DNA of 61,666 bases. Origin: a virus (Duplodnaviria > Caudoviricetes). Both the position numbers and the translations under genes were made by a program. Shown piece after piece: positions 1 through 11,600 of the stretch (positions are counted from its first letter, which is position 1; each line of letters opens with the position of its first letter). The notes under the pieces are model-generated. The model made no database searches. It was given only the letters and a program-made list of their open reading frames with translations, and was not told the origin of the DNA. The DNA is taken from the IMG/VR virus record IMGVR_UViG_3300025087_000064, positions 1 to 61,666 of that record. One strand, written 5' to 3'.

Positions 1-155
1 CAAGAACTGGAGTCATACAAGGCCGAGGACGCCAGCGCATTTTCAAGACTCAAGGGGTATCGCGAAGAATTCAGTAAAAACTTAACCGCCAGAGACCAAT
101 CGGAAGCGAGCGGCATAGCTAACGCCCAAAAGGCTATCGAGGACGCGGTGAGTAA
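1..155 (+). repeat. Left copy of imperfect terminal direct repeat (circular overlap)
   Basis: Aligns without gaps to 61512-61666 with 11 mismatches in 155 bp. Confidence 0.95.
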
Positions 156-756
156 GATCAAGGGCGGGGAGATCAACGGCCCGTCAGGTTCCTCAGGGAT
201 CAACATGACAACAGTTAGGGTGGTCAACGGTGGCACTATCGAGGCGTCATATCAGGTCCCCCAGGCGGTTGCTGACGCGCTCGCATCTGACCATAATCTT
301 TGGGCTAATCAGACCCCAGAAGGCTTCAATGTCGATGTTAAAGTCAGGGGTGGGCATATCATGGGTCAAGAAATACATGAGGCCCTGGCGGACGCCCAGG
401 CCCAGACTGCCGCAGCAATAGCGAGTAGGCAGGGCCTAATAGATTCAGCTGTAGCAGCAGCACGGGCTCAACAAGAGGCTCAAATAGCCCAAGCCAAAGA
501 AGATACGAGACGGATTCAGTATAGTTCCCTCGACAGACAAATATCACAGAGTCGAGCGGAGCGCAATATCGCCTCATACGACTTCGAGCAAGATTACGCG
601 CAAGCGTACAAGCAGTATCAAGCCATCGGGCGACAGTGGGCTGACAGGTTGTCAAACCTTCGCAGCGAGCAATCGAAGGCGCGGGGGCAAACGGCCCAGG
701 GGATAAAAGAATTGAGCAAATCGGGAATTCTTAACTATTCAGTGCAGAGGGGTTAG
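1..756 (+). CDS. 3' part of a putative internal virion/ejection protein that spans the contig ends
   Basis: Frame 1 is open from base 1 to the stop at 756 and continues the ORF starting at 61248 through the terminal overlap; Ala/Gln-rich helical composition; lies in the ejection-gene block. Confidence 0.75.
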   Translation, partial: QELESYKAEDASAFSRLKGYREEFSKNLTARDQSEASGIANAQKAIEDAVSKIKGGEINGPSGSSGINMTTVRVVNGGTIEASYQVPQAVADALASDHNLWANQTPEGFNVDVKVRGGHIMGQEIHEALADAQAQTAAAIASRQGLIDSAVAAARAQQEAQIAQAKEDTRRIQYSSLDRQISQSRAERNIASYDFEQDYAQAYKQYQAIGRQWADRLSNLRSEQSKARGQTAQGIKELSKSGILNYSVQRG

Positions 757-759
757 TAT

Positions 760-1488
760 ATGATGCAGCAGGAAAACACGCAAACGACACAGTCAGGGAT
801 TTTGGGGGGAGCACCAGTTGCCCCACCGGCTACTCCATCAGTTACCCCGGCTGTAGCGGCTCCGGTCGAGAGCGGAGGCGAGGAATCAACTCCTGAATTA
901 TCTAACCAGGACGCGCAGTTAGCTCCAGAACAGTTAGCGCAAGTTGAGGCGTATACAGATAATGCAACAAAGATGCTCTATTCCCCAAAAACACAACCGG
1001 CATGGCTCCAGGAGCTTCAGGCTTCCAATAATCCGATAGAGAATATCGCCGAGACCGCCAACCATCTTCATAAGATCCTTCAGGCGGGGTTAGAGAAGAC
1101 TGGTGAACAGATGACTGACCAAACCATGTTCCTTGGTGCTACCCATCTCGTTTCAGAACTGAATGTTCTAGCAGATGCGGCTGGCCTGTTCACTCTGGAT
1201 GAAAAACAGCGTATGGATTCGCTCCAGTTAACATTACTCCTTTATTTCAAACGGGGTATTGACGACGGAACGATTGACCCGGTTGAGCTACAGAAGGATC
1301 TCGAACCGCTCTTGACTGACGAGCAGCGACAAATGGGGATTGCGAACATGGGGACTACTGGCGTATCGAAAACCCAGCCACCAAAGGGCGCGAGCTTCAG
1401 GGGTAACGCACAACAGCAGGGACAACCGGCGCAGCCAACTCCATCGGCGGAAGTGCCGCCTGGAATCCTGAACCAGGAGGGAAGATAA
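760..1488 (+). CDS. Putative internal virion protein
   Basis: 242-aa ORF tightly packed between ejection-type genes; Pro/Gln-rich termini. Confidence 0.6.
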   Translation: MMQQENTQTTQSGILGGAPVAPPATPSVTPAVAAPVESGGEESTPELSNQDAQLAPEQLAQVEAYTDNATKMLYSPKTQPAWLQELQASNNPIENIAETANHLHKILQAGLEKTGEQMTDQTMFLGATHLVSELNVLADAAGLFTLDEKQRMDSLQLTLLLYFKRGIDDGTIDPVELQKDLEPLLTDEQRQMGIANMGTTGVSKTQPPKGASFRGNAQQQGQPAQPTPSAEVPPGILNQEGR

Positions 1489-1489
1489 C

Positions 1490-2593
1490 ATGGCATCGAA
1501 ATTAGCGTTGGCTGGTTTGCTCGGCGCGGCATCTAATGCAGGGCAGGAATATCTGGCTCGGGAGAGGGCGCTAGAGGAAAGGAAACTTCAGGATCTGCGA
1601 GAGGCGCGGAAAGAGGAGGCCCTTCTGCTACGCCAGAAATCGCTGGCAGAATTCAATTACGGCCTTGGCCAGAACGAGCGGGATTATTCGCACACCAGGG
1701 ATACCGTTACCGACAAGCGCGAAAGCGAAAAGATCTCTGAGGGTAAGCGCCAGCACGAAGATAGCTCGAAACTTGCAAGGGAGCGCCTTGCCATGGATAA
1801 GAAGATCTCCGACAAACCGTCTAGCCTTCAGGAGCGTATTAATATCATCAATTCATCCGACCTTACGAAGGATGAAAAGAAGGCGGCAATTGCCCAGGCC
1901 CTAAATCCAGAGAGACAGTCAGATTACGACAAGAAAATATCTTCCCTTGAGGCCGACGCATCACTTACCCCGGATGAAAAGAAAGCTGTTAAATACGGCA
2001 TTCAGCCTAAGGGGGCTATGTCTGATTATCAAAAGATCAAGGCCGAGGAAGATTATAATAAGCTTGTGGCTGGCGGTGTAGATGAAACCAACCTCGCCCA
2101 GGTTAACAGATTAGGAAAACAGTTAGGGATTCCTGAATATAGGAAAAACCTGAAGACTCCGGAGAAGAAAGGATTCTGGAGTGACACCCCGGCAGAGTAT
2201 GACTACACCCAGGGGGGCGACCCTGTGGCCGGTGCCGAGAAGCGACCGTCTGACCCTGTCGATAAGTATAAATCTTTACTCTTGGCAACTGGGTCAAAAG
2301 ATGGTATAATGGAACTTTCAGAACCCAAAGTAAAACCAGGCATACTTGCCGCAGGGCCTAGCGCCCCCCCAACCGGTGGGCCGCAGCAAAGCAAACAGCC
2401 ACTGGCCCCGGAGCGTGAGAGCGGCGAAATCCTGCCGTACGAAGAGCGGAAGAAGTTTGCCGGGATGACCGTCGAGCAGTTACAGGCGGTCAGGGACGGT
2501 TTCCTGGAAAGCGCCTCGGACGACGTGGTGAATTCCCAGAAAGGCAAGGCTTTTCTCCGTGAACTAGACTCTATCATAGCAAGCAAATCATAA
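1490..2593 (+). CDS. Putative DNA ejection protein
   Basis: N-terminal LAGLLGAA followed by charged coiled coil; directly upstream of the giant virion gene, as in podovirus ejection modules. Confidence 0.6.
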   Translation: MASKLALAGLLGAASNAGQEYLARERALEERKLQDLREARKEEALLLRQKSLAEFNYGLGQNERDYSHTRDTVTDKRESEKISEGKRQHEDSSKLARERLAMDKKISDKPSSLQERINIINSSDLTKDEKKAAIAQALNPERQSDYDKKISSLEADASLTPDEKKAVKYGIQPKGAMSDYQKIKAEEDYNKLVAGGVDETNLAQVNRLGKQLGIPEYRKNLKTPEKKGFWSDTPAEYDYTQGGDPVAGAEKRPSDPVDKYKSLLLATGSKDGIMELSEPKVKPGILAAGPSAPPTGGPQQSKQPLAPERESGEILPYEERKKFAGMTVEQLQAVRDGFLESASDDVVNSQKGKAFLRELDSIIASKS

Positions 2594-2609
2594 ACATCGA
2601 GGTCTATCG

Positions 2610-5600
2610 GTGATCCCTTTCGAGTCAATTTCCAGCCTCCCAGAGTACAAGACCGCAGAACCTGAACGCCAACAACTCGTTAAGGACGAATACGCCAAGG
2701 ACTTTTGGGCCGAAGTCATCTCCGACCCTGAATATCTTGGTGCTGACGAGCAGGACCGCGCCGAATTACAACAGATATTCGACCAGAAGTTTGGGGCTGG
2801 TGTGCGCGAGGCTGTCGAGAAGGTAGTGGCGGGCCATGGAGGTCCCGGATATGATATCATTGGTGGTATCAAGGATTTTGGCAAATTAATCTACGACATC
2901 CCCGTACAAACCCTTGGTGCCGCAGGTCGTCTTGTTGAGGACCCGATGGTCCGAGGTGAAAAGGCCGACGAGCTTGTCACCGCAGCAACAGAACGCACGA
3001 AACAGAGGGCCCAAGAGATAACCGCTGAGGAACGTGGCAAAAAAGTCTTCCCATTGCCGGAGGTTTTGTCAGAAAAAGGGGCGATTACCAGGGGAGACAT
3101 CCAGGACACAGCGACGAGTACCGGTTTCTCTGGTGTTTCAATGGCCGCTGGCGTAGTTGGTGGCGTAGCTGGTAGGGCAGCTGGAGCCCTGGCTGTGCCC
3201 GCTGTTGCCATGATAGCCGCGCCACTAGCCCCTTGGGCTCCAATCATTGGCAAGGTTGGCGGTCAGTTACTCGCCTCCGGGTACGCCGCTTTTAGGATGG
3301 ATAAGTCGATGGTGTCCGAGCAGCTTGTCAAGGCCGCAGAGGCAACTAAAGGCACCGCCCTAACCGACGAAGAGGTGGTGGAATTACTCACCGCAGCTGA
3401 ACCGACGATCAACAACCATGCACTATGGGAGGCTGGTCCCGAGGCTATCGGTAACGCACTGGAGATCGCCGGTCTTGGCAGTATTTTCAAGGGAGCTATA
3501 AAGGGTAAACTAGGGAAGGTTATAGCTGGGTTTATCGGTAATCTCGGCGCAGAGCTTTCCACAGAAACTGTTACCCAGAAAGGGCAGAACCGGGCGGAGA
3601 TAGAACTTGGCCTGCAAAATGGTCCCGAAATCTCATGGCCCGAAGCATTGCAGCAAGTTGGCCCCCAGACCCTTCTCTTGGCCGGTGGAACGAGCAGTGG
3701 CGCTTACGTGGCTGGTAAGGCTAGGAATGCCATATTTCCACAGCAAGAAGCACCTCCGGCACCAGCCCCAATTATCGAGCCAACAGTTCCGGATACCGTC
3801 GATATCCTTGCCGGGGAATCGATAGACGATGCAATTGCAGCTTTCCGCGAAACCCTTGGCGGCGACACCCCGCAACCATCTATCACCGAAACCGGGGCAC
3901 CGTCAACAGCAGGGGAGGCAGCTGCTGTCTTTGAATCATTGCCACCATCGCAGACCGAAACGGCGTTACAGGCCCAGGAAGACCTCGCCATTGCCGATCA
4001 GGCGAACGAACAAGAAAGAGTTGTGCGTCAGGCTGAACTAGAGCAAACGTTTAACCAGGAGCCAGAGAGGACCGCTGAGGAGTCTGCAGCTATAATTGCC
4101 GCAACACCCATAACAGACCTTGAGCAAAAACTGGACAAACAGGAAGATGTGGCGCAATTTACAGGTAAGGAATATTCTACCGCGCCAACCACAAGGATTG
4201 AGAAGCAGGAAGCTATCACCGCCGTCATAGGGGACCAGGGGCCAGACTTCACCGCAGCGAAGGGTAAGCCGTTTGCCACTCTAAAATCCATGCAAATGAG
4301 TGCCAAACAGAAAGGTATTGACCTCGCAAATTATAAGGAAATCAATATTGACGGTGGGCACATCGCTGTGCCAAAACCTAAAGGGTTGTCTCAAGCCAAG
4401 GAAGAGGTATACTGGAGCCGCCTGCAGAAAAAGTATTTCCCCAAAGATTGGACCGAAGCCGATCAAAAGAGTATGGACGAGGCTGAAGTCGTCGCTGGTC
4501 GCGAGCCCGTCCAAGCAGTGGAAGAGGTAAAGAATCTCGATTCACTTGCACTTGGCCAGCCTGTTAACGTAGCGCCCACTGAAGCGCAAAAGGAGGCTGG
4601 TAACTACCAGAAAGCCCATATCTCCCTGGATGGCATGGAAATATCTATCGAGAATCCGGCAGGGTCAGAGCGTAGCGGGGTCGATGAGGACGGGCGATCA
4701 TGGTCGCAGGAAATGGCCACTGATTACGGTTATATAAAGGGCACTGTCGGGTTCGACAAGGACCATGTCGATACCTTTATCACCCCAGGATACACTGGCG
4801 GTAATGGCCAGGTATTCGTGGTGAACCAGTTCAACAAGGCCGGTGAGTTTGATGAGCACAAGGTTGTCCTTGGCGCTTCATCTGCTGAACAGGCTATGAA
4901 GGTCTATAACTCAAACTATGCAAAGGGGTGGGACGGTGGCAAGACTGTCGTGCCGATGACCACGCAACGATTCAGGGAGTGGGCAAAATCCGACGCCCCA
5001 CGCCAGGGTCAGGTTTATGCGTTTGCCGAAAAGAATGAAGCGGGTTTGGCTGTAAGCGAAGGTTTGTCAGGGAAAACTGTGGGACACCCTGCATCTGTAA
5101 ATGCTCCTTCCGCCAAGCCCGCCCCCGGTAAATCTGCAGAAAAAGACTTTGCCAGGAATAAGTTTTTCACCGAAAAAGCCGTCAATGCCGCGAGAGAAAA
5201 TCTCAAGAAGAATCGTAACAGGTTGGGCGCTGGCCTTGACCCTGAGTTAATGGGTAACGTTATCACGATAGGTGGTGCTCATTTTGAACGTGGTGTCAGG
5301 GACCTGGCTGCATGGTCAACAGAGATGGTCAGGGATCTCGGAGAGAGTGTAAGATCCTACCTAGAAGAGGGATACCGCATAGTCAGCAATCATCCGGCGT
5401 TCTCTAAAAGAACAACTGGAAAGGCTGGTGAATATTACAACTACGAGCCAGAGCAAACAATAGGTGGAAAGTACAAAGGGGCTCCAGATGGGGTCACCGA
5501 CAAGAAGTCACTCGACGCTCTACGTGGAAAAGTAGCCAGGCTAGTTAAAGAGGGCGACGTTGGTAGGTTCTGGTACGAGAACTCTGCGAACAGCGTTTTA

Positions 5601-8600
5601 AGGATGATGGACGGCGATGTTGCTAATGCCGACAAATTCATCCAACTCCTCGCTATTTACTCCCCACTAGCTAGGGTGGGCGCGAATACCACTATGGCTG
5701 TGCGAGCCTGGAATCAGTTTAAGGCTGGGGTTAAGAAAGAGGATTTCAAAGTTAAGACATCATCGCAAGACGCAAAGGCTGTCGATGTCCTATATAACAA
5801 CAAGCCCTTTGTCGGCAGGAAGACCAACAGCTTCTATATCAACCTTGTCAGCCAGATCGTTTATAACGACCCGAGCGCGGTTGCAAAGATGTCTCTCGAC
5901 GCCGATCTCCTAGCGGAAATCACAAGGAAATCAACCATAGATATGTGGATGGTTAGGGCGTTTGGCTACCGCGACGACAACGTTTACGACGACGCAGGAG
6001 CCGGTAAGTATAGCTTTGTCGAAAACGAAGTGTCCCGCCTGACAGATCGCCTCAACGCCTCCCTCAGTAAGGGTGAAAAGAAGTGGGTTCCATTCCAGGT
6101 ACAGGCGTCGATTTGGACTGCTATGAAATCGAGATATGAAGACCCTAGTGTCAAGGCCAAAACATGGGAGGAGTCTATCGGAAAAGGTCTGGCATATTTT
6201 GATGAGACCGGGCAAAGGGCTCTGCCAAAAGATAAGGGGAAGATGCGACAGCATCGGCGGATTTGGTACGAGAACGCCATGGGTTTATCGAGCACTAAGG
6301 CTCGGGCAAACGCTGGGGAGTCTGGGGCGGACTTCGGCACTTTTATCGAGCAGGCCACCTCAACCGTAACATGGGAGGCTCTGCCCAGCATTGCAGTTGC
6401 CCCTGACCTTATTGACTCATCTTCTGCCATAAAGAAGATGTTCACCGACGAAGCCCGCAATCTATTGGTATCCGACGAAGGGACCGATCTACTGGCGGAG
6501 AGGCTTGGTGTCGGGATCGCCTTTATCGCCGATGGTTCTGGTGCTTACGGAGGAAACGTTAATCCTAACTCACTCAGCCACTTAATACCATCCAAAACTG
6601 GGGCGACGTTCGCACCCAACACCGCCAGGGCATACGCTCGCGCAATCCAGTACATCTTTAAACAAGACGCCGTGCCGTGGTATAGGGCCGATAGCCAGGC
6701 TATACTAACCAAGGGAGGGAGGGATTCCCAGCAGTTTAGGGTACTGAGCCCGAAAGGTGCTCCGCTTGCGGGCGCAAGGTTCGACACCCTCACAGAGGCT
6801 ACAGCCGCCGCCCAGAATCGTGGTGATGGATATTCTGTCAAGGGTGGCCCTCTGGCTCGTGGCGTAATAGTTGATTTTCAAGAGAATTTAACACCAGAGA
6901 AAGAGGCTAATATCCTGCAAGTGTTGCAGGGATATCTAGGAAAAGATATAGGTTTTTCTAGGATTTCAGCTAACGAAATTTCAATAATAAACTTCCGCGA
7001 CGATACAACCGGGGTGCCCTTTACCGATGACGAGGTGTTCCTAGGTCAGGTTCAGGACTTCCTGGACAACAACAATGAATCGCTTGGCATGTCAGAGGCC
7101 AAGAAACTATGGGTGAATGGAGAGTATGGGTATGTCCATAATTGGAGCGAAGACGAACAAGGGGAGGCGATTCTTGCTCAAAGAGGCATTGCCGAAAGAT
7201 CCGATATATTCGGGTGGCTTCGTGGTAAGCGGTCAGAGTTCGAGCGGATCGTCAGCCGGTACACAGGCGAACAGCTCAAGGTCCGCGAGGCAGATCTCAA
7301 ATCAATCGAAAAACTCGGAGGAGTAAAATTCCAGGTAAGGACGGTCGAAAACCTCGTCCATTGGGATCAAAAACCTGGATTGCCAACACTAGACCCATCC
7401 TTGGCCGGTGCCGGTCTTCCCGGCGCAGAGCGCAAGCGCAAGGATAGTGATCCGGGTAACTGGGTGAATCGTGTCTATTATGGCATTGAGGGCGGTGGAT
7501 ACCGAAAAGAGCCTGGCCTTGGCCCGTATCGCTATAACGTTTCTGTGCAATCGGAAAGCCTTTACGACTTTACCAAAGATCCAGACGAGATAATGGCTGA
7601 GGTGAAAACGGCAGCAGCAAAAGATCTATTTGTCAACAAAACCAACCTGTACGAGAAGAAGATCAAGGAACACGGTTATACCGGGTACTGGACATCCACC
7701 CCTGGCATGGGCAAGGTGGCGGCGGTCTTCGAGGCTTTAGCGCCAGTATCGTCAACTACCCAGCCGGAACCCGGTGTCAAGCTGCAGCAATCAAGGGTAG
7801 CCGGTATAGCCGCCGGAGCCCCCAGCGATATATTCGACATCCTAACCTTAACATTGAGCGATGATCAACGGACTATCGCTAACCGCCTCGTGAGTAGCGG
7901 AAAGGTCGTCCTCATGGATACCAAGCAAGCCATGATCGAAGCGAGAGAGGCCGGTTACACCAAAGCTGAGCTCGATAAGAATTTTCAACCGATTGGATTA
8001 GAGATCCCCGGCCAAACAATCCTGATTCCCGAAAATATCCCGGACGGCGAGCTGTGGGGTTCCCTGCGACACGCCATGGGGGTACACATCGGTTTAATGG
8101 CGCAACGCAATAGCGAGTTCCAGGGCCTCAAGAAATCGGTCCTACGCAGGCAGGACGAAAAGTCACCGACCGGCGACGCCATCCGCAGGGCGATGGAGCA
8201 GATCCCGCCCGGAACAGATCCGAATAATTACAGCGAGGAAATCCTGGCCTATATGGTCAGCACCTCCGAGGATGTCGGAATTGTACGCCGGGTCATCGCG
8301 ATGGTGAAAAACTTCGTCACGCGGTTTGGGGTGAGCTATAAGATATTCAGTGAAAAGGATTTCCTTGCCTTGGCCGATATAGCTATTCGGCGCGAAGCAA
8401 CCAGTGACAGCAAGACGATCTTCGACACCGATGGAATCAAAGCGCAGATATCCCCACAGGTCGCAAGGGAAATCGATATAGAGGTAGAGCTACCGAGTAA
8501 CCCACTTTTCGCCATGGCTGTAGCCGCAACACCGGGCGCGGCCATCACTAAGGACGGATTACTGATAGATCTAGTTAGGCACCAGAAACCGGAGCTTGGG

Positions 8601-11600
8601 GGTGAAAGAGCTATTCGCACCGGAGTGTTCTACCTACCAGCTGGCGACAAGAATGCTCATTTTTACAGCAATAACAAGTCTAATTACGGTGGTTCAGCTA
8701 AATTTGAGGGTGCGACATTATTGAAACGCCCGCTCTTTGTCAAGGGAGCCACTGGCGGCAACGCGGTAGAAAATGCCTTCAAGACGCTAAGAGGTGGCGA
8801 TGAGTTTAAGGAAATGGAGCAAACGCTTTACGACACTGTTCTCTATGGCAAGCCCAGCGTTGCGCGAATATCACAGTTTCTCGATAGGTGGGGAGGGGTT
8901 AGGGAATTAGCCGGTGATATAGTCGCGGCTAGTACTGAAAGCAACACCTTGATATACGCTATCAAGGAGAATATTATAGCCAACACTATCCGCACCGCAG
9001 GGTACGATTCTATGGTTGCCTATAGCACCAGGCAAGACGGGGAGAAAACACCTTTTATCTCGGAGGTGTTCGATGTTCGTGAACAGACCTACCCGAGCAA
9101 AGTTATAACCCCAGAGATTCACGATTCCTTCCCTATGCGTGAGGCCCCTAAATTCCAGATGGCCGGGGCACAATCGTCAAGGGCCAATACGTCAATGCTT
9201 CATAGGGCGTTTGAGATGGAGGACGCCGGTGAAGGTCGCGAGGCGATATGGAAGGAAACCGGTTGGTGGCAGATGGCCGGTGATGACTGGCAATACGAAA
9301 TTGACGACAGTCTCAGCGAGCTCACTCTGCCGGGGAGCGCCAAGCGTGGAACCTACGGCGGTCCTCTCGGTTTCTATTTTGTCAATAAACCGCTGTTCGA
9401 TGCGTATCCCATTCTGAACGACCTTACTATTAAAATCGTCCCGTTGCCGAGTAGTGAGAATGGATCTTTTACAGCCAAAACCAAAACCATAACCATAAAC
9501 TCTAACCTCTCCAGGGAGGTTATGCTATCGACAATCCACCACGAGTTGCAGCATGCCATTCAGAATATCGAGGGTTTCCCACTCGGTGGTAATGTCTCCG
9601 AATTTTTCTCAAAGCGCAAGGCTGAGGTGAACAAGTGGTATAGTATTATCGAGGGGATAAACGCAGAAATGACAGTTATGGGCTCCATGGACAAGGCCCT
9701 CCAGAGTACAAAGCTATGGAAAGACAAATATTACAAACTAATAGACGAACGCAGCGGTTATATCGAGAAGATCCAGGATGCCGAAGGCGCTGATAGTTTG
9801 GGCTTACAGCGAGCAGCGTTCCGTGACTACCAGACGTTAGCAGGTGAAATGAGCGCCCGCCTCGTTGAGGTCCGCAGGCTCCTTACCCCGGCGCAACGCA
9901 AGACTATGCCCCCATGGGAGTCCCTTGAGCAGATGCTCTATTTCGAGGGCCTGCTGGCCCCCGGAACAGACCCTGTAGAAATAATGAACGTCAGGCGGTA
10001 CGGCGACCTTGCCAGTTCGGCACAGGCCACCCCGCTCCAGGGCAGCCTTCCCGTCGCGGCACCGCTGATCCAGAGGCTATCGAAGTCCTTGGATATAACT
10101 GGCAAATTTGACGAGCTCGCCACCTGGCTGTGGGATGAGGATCAGGCTATCCACAGGATTCAGGACGGCCTCGGGCCTCAGGATGAGCTTAGAGATTACG
10201 CCACTTTGCGCGGGCTCGTTGGAAAGGTGGTTGCCGAGGGGATCAGGAATTTTGACCGCGAGATGCTGCAGCCGTTCCTGCAATACCTCGCCGATAATAA
10301 GCAGAAAATTGCCGACGTTGAGTCCCTGGCCCATGCGCAGTATGCCCCGGAACGCAACCTGCAAATGAAGCGGAAAAACGCCAGACAGAATATCGACTGG
10401 ATGCTCAACCAGATGACCGATAAAGAGAAAGAGCCATATCAGAAACGCCTCGGTGACATCCAGGACGAGTATGTAATGCTCGGGCAAACCCTCAACGAGA
10501 AGCGCGACAACAACGTCATCCTCATGGACGATATGATCAGTCACCTCAAGGCTCAACGCAAGCAAGTGGAACAGCTGCAGGCCGACCTGGACAGCAGAGT
10601 ATTCACAGCTACAGAAATATCCAAGGGCACCACTGAGTGGCACCAGAAACGGCTCGACAATCTATTTTCCAGGCTCGAAAAGCGGGAGAGTATTGCCGCC
10701 AGATGGGACGACATCAAGGACCGGCTTTCCGGTATGACCAACTCAGACGCCGCCGCGATAGTGTCACGTCTTGGCACCCCGGAAATGCTTGAGGCTACGA
10801 GAAAACTCCGGGAGATGGACGCCGCCGCACTCGATCTCGAATATGCTTCAGGCGATCTAACCGCCGAAGAGTACTCTGCCATCAAAAACACGTATAAATG
10901 GCACGTGCCGCTCATGCGCGAGGGGATGGAAGAAGGTAAGGTTGCCACAGGAAAGCGTGGCGTGGGGCCTCTGGGGCCTGCAGAGAGAGCAGCAACCGGG
11001 TCCACCAGAGCTGTTGTCCATATCCTTGGAAATATCGTAGACAAGTACCAAGGGGCAATCAGCAGAGGCGAAAAGCTCAAGGCTGGGCGGGCACTGTACG
11101 AGCTCGTTAAGGCCAACCAAGATGAAAACCTCTGGTCAATTGGGGAGTTGGACAAAGCCCCATACGTTGACAATGAGGGGAACGTGCGTTTTTACCCCGA
11201 CCAGCAGCTAGATCTCAAGACCCAGACGTATGTCAAGGTGGACGGAGTAAAGCATATTATCGAGGTCAATAAGGATAACCCGGCAGCAGTAAGGTTTATG
11301 GAGGCGATCAACCGCCAGGTTACGCCGATGGGTCCGATCACTAAGGCTAGCGCTTTTGTTAACAGAATCCTCGCTCGATTAAGCACTACCCTTACCCCGG
11401 AATTCACCCTACCAAACGTTGTCAGGGATCTCCAAACAGCTTTTGTCAACTTATCCTCGACCGAGGCGGATGGAATGAAATGGAAAGTTTTTGGCAATAT
11501 CAAAAACGCAGTGAAAGGGATCATGATGGAGGAGTTCGGAGAGCCATCCGGGACATGGGGCACCATCTATCGTGACGCCGCAAAGAATGGTGTGGTAATG

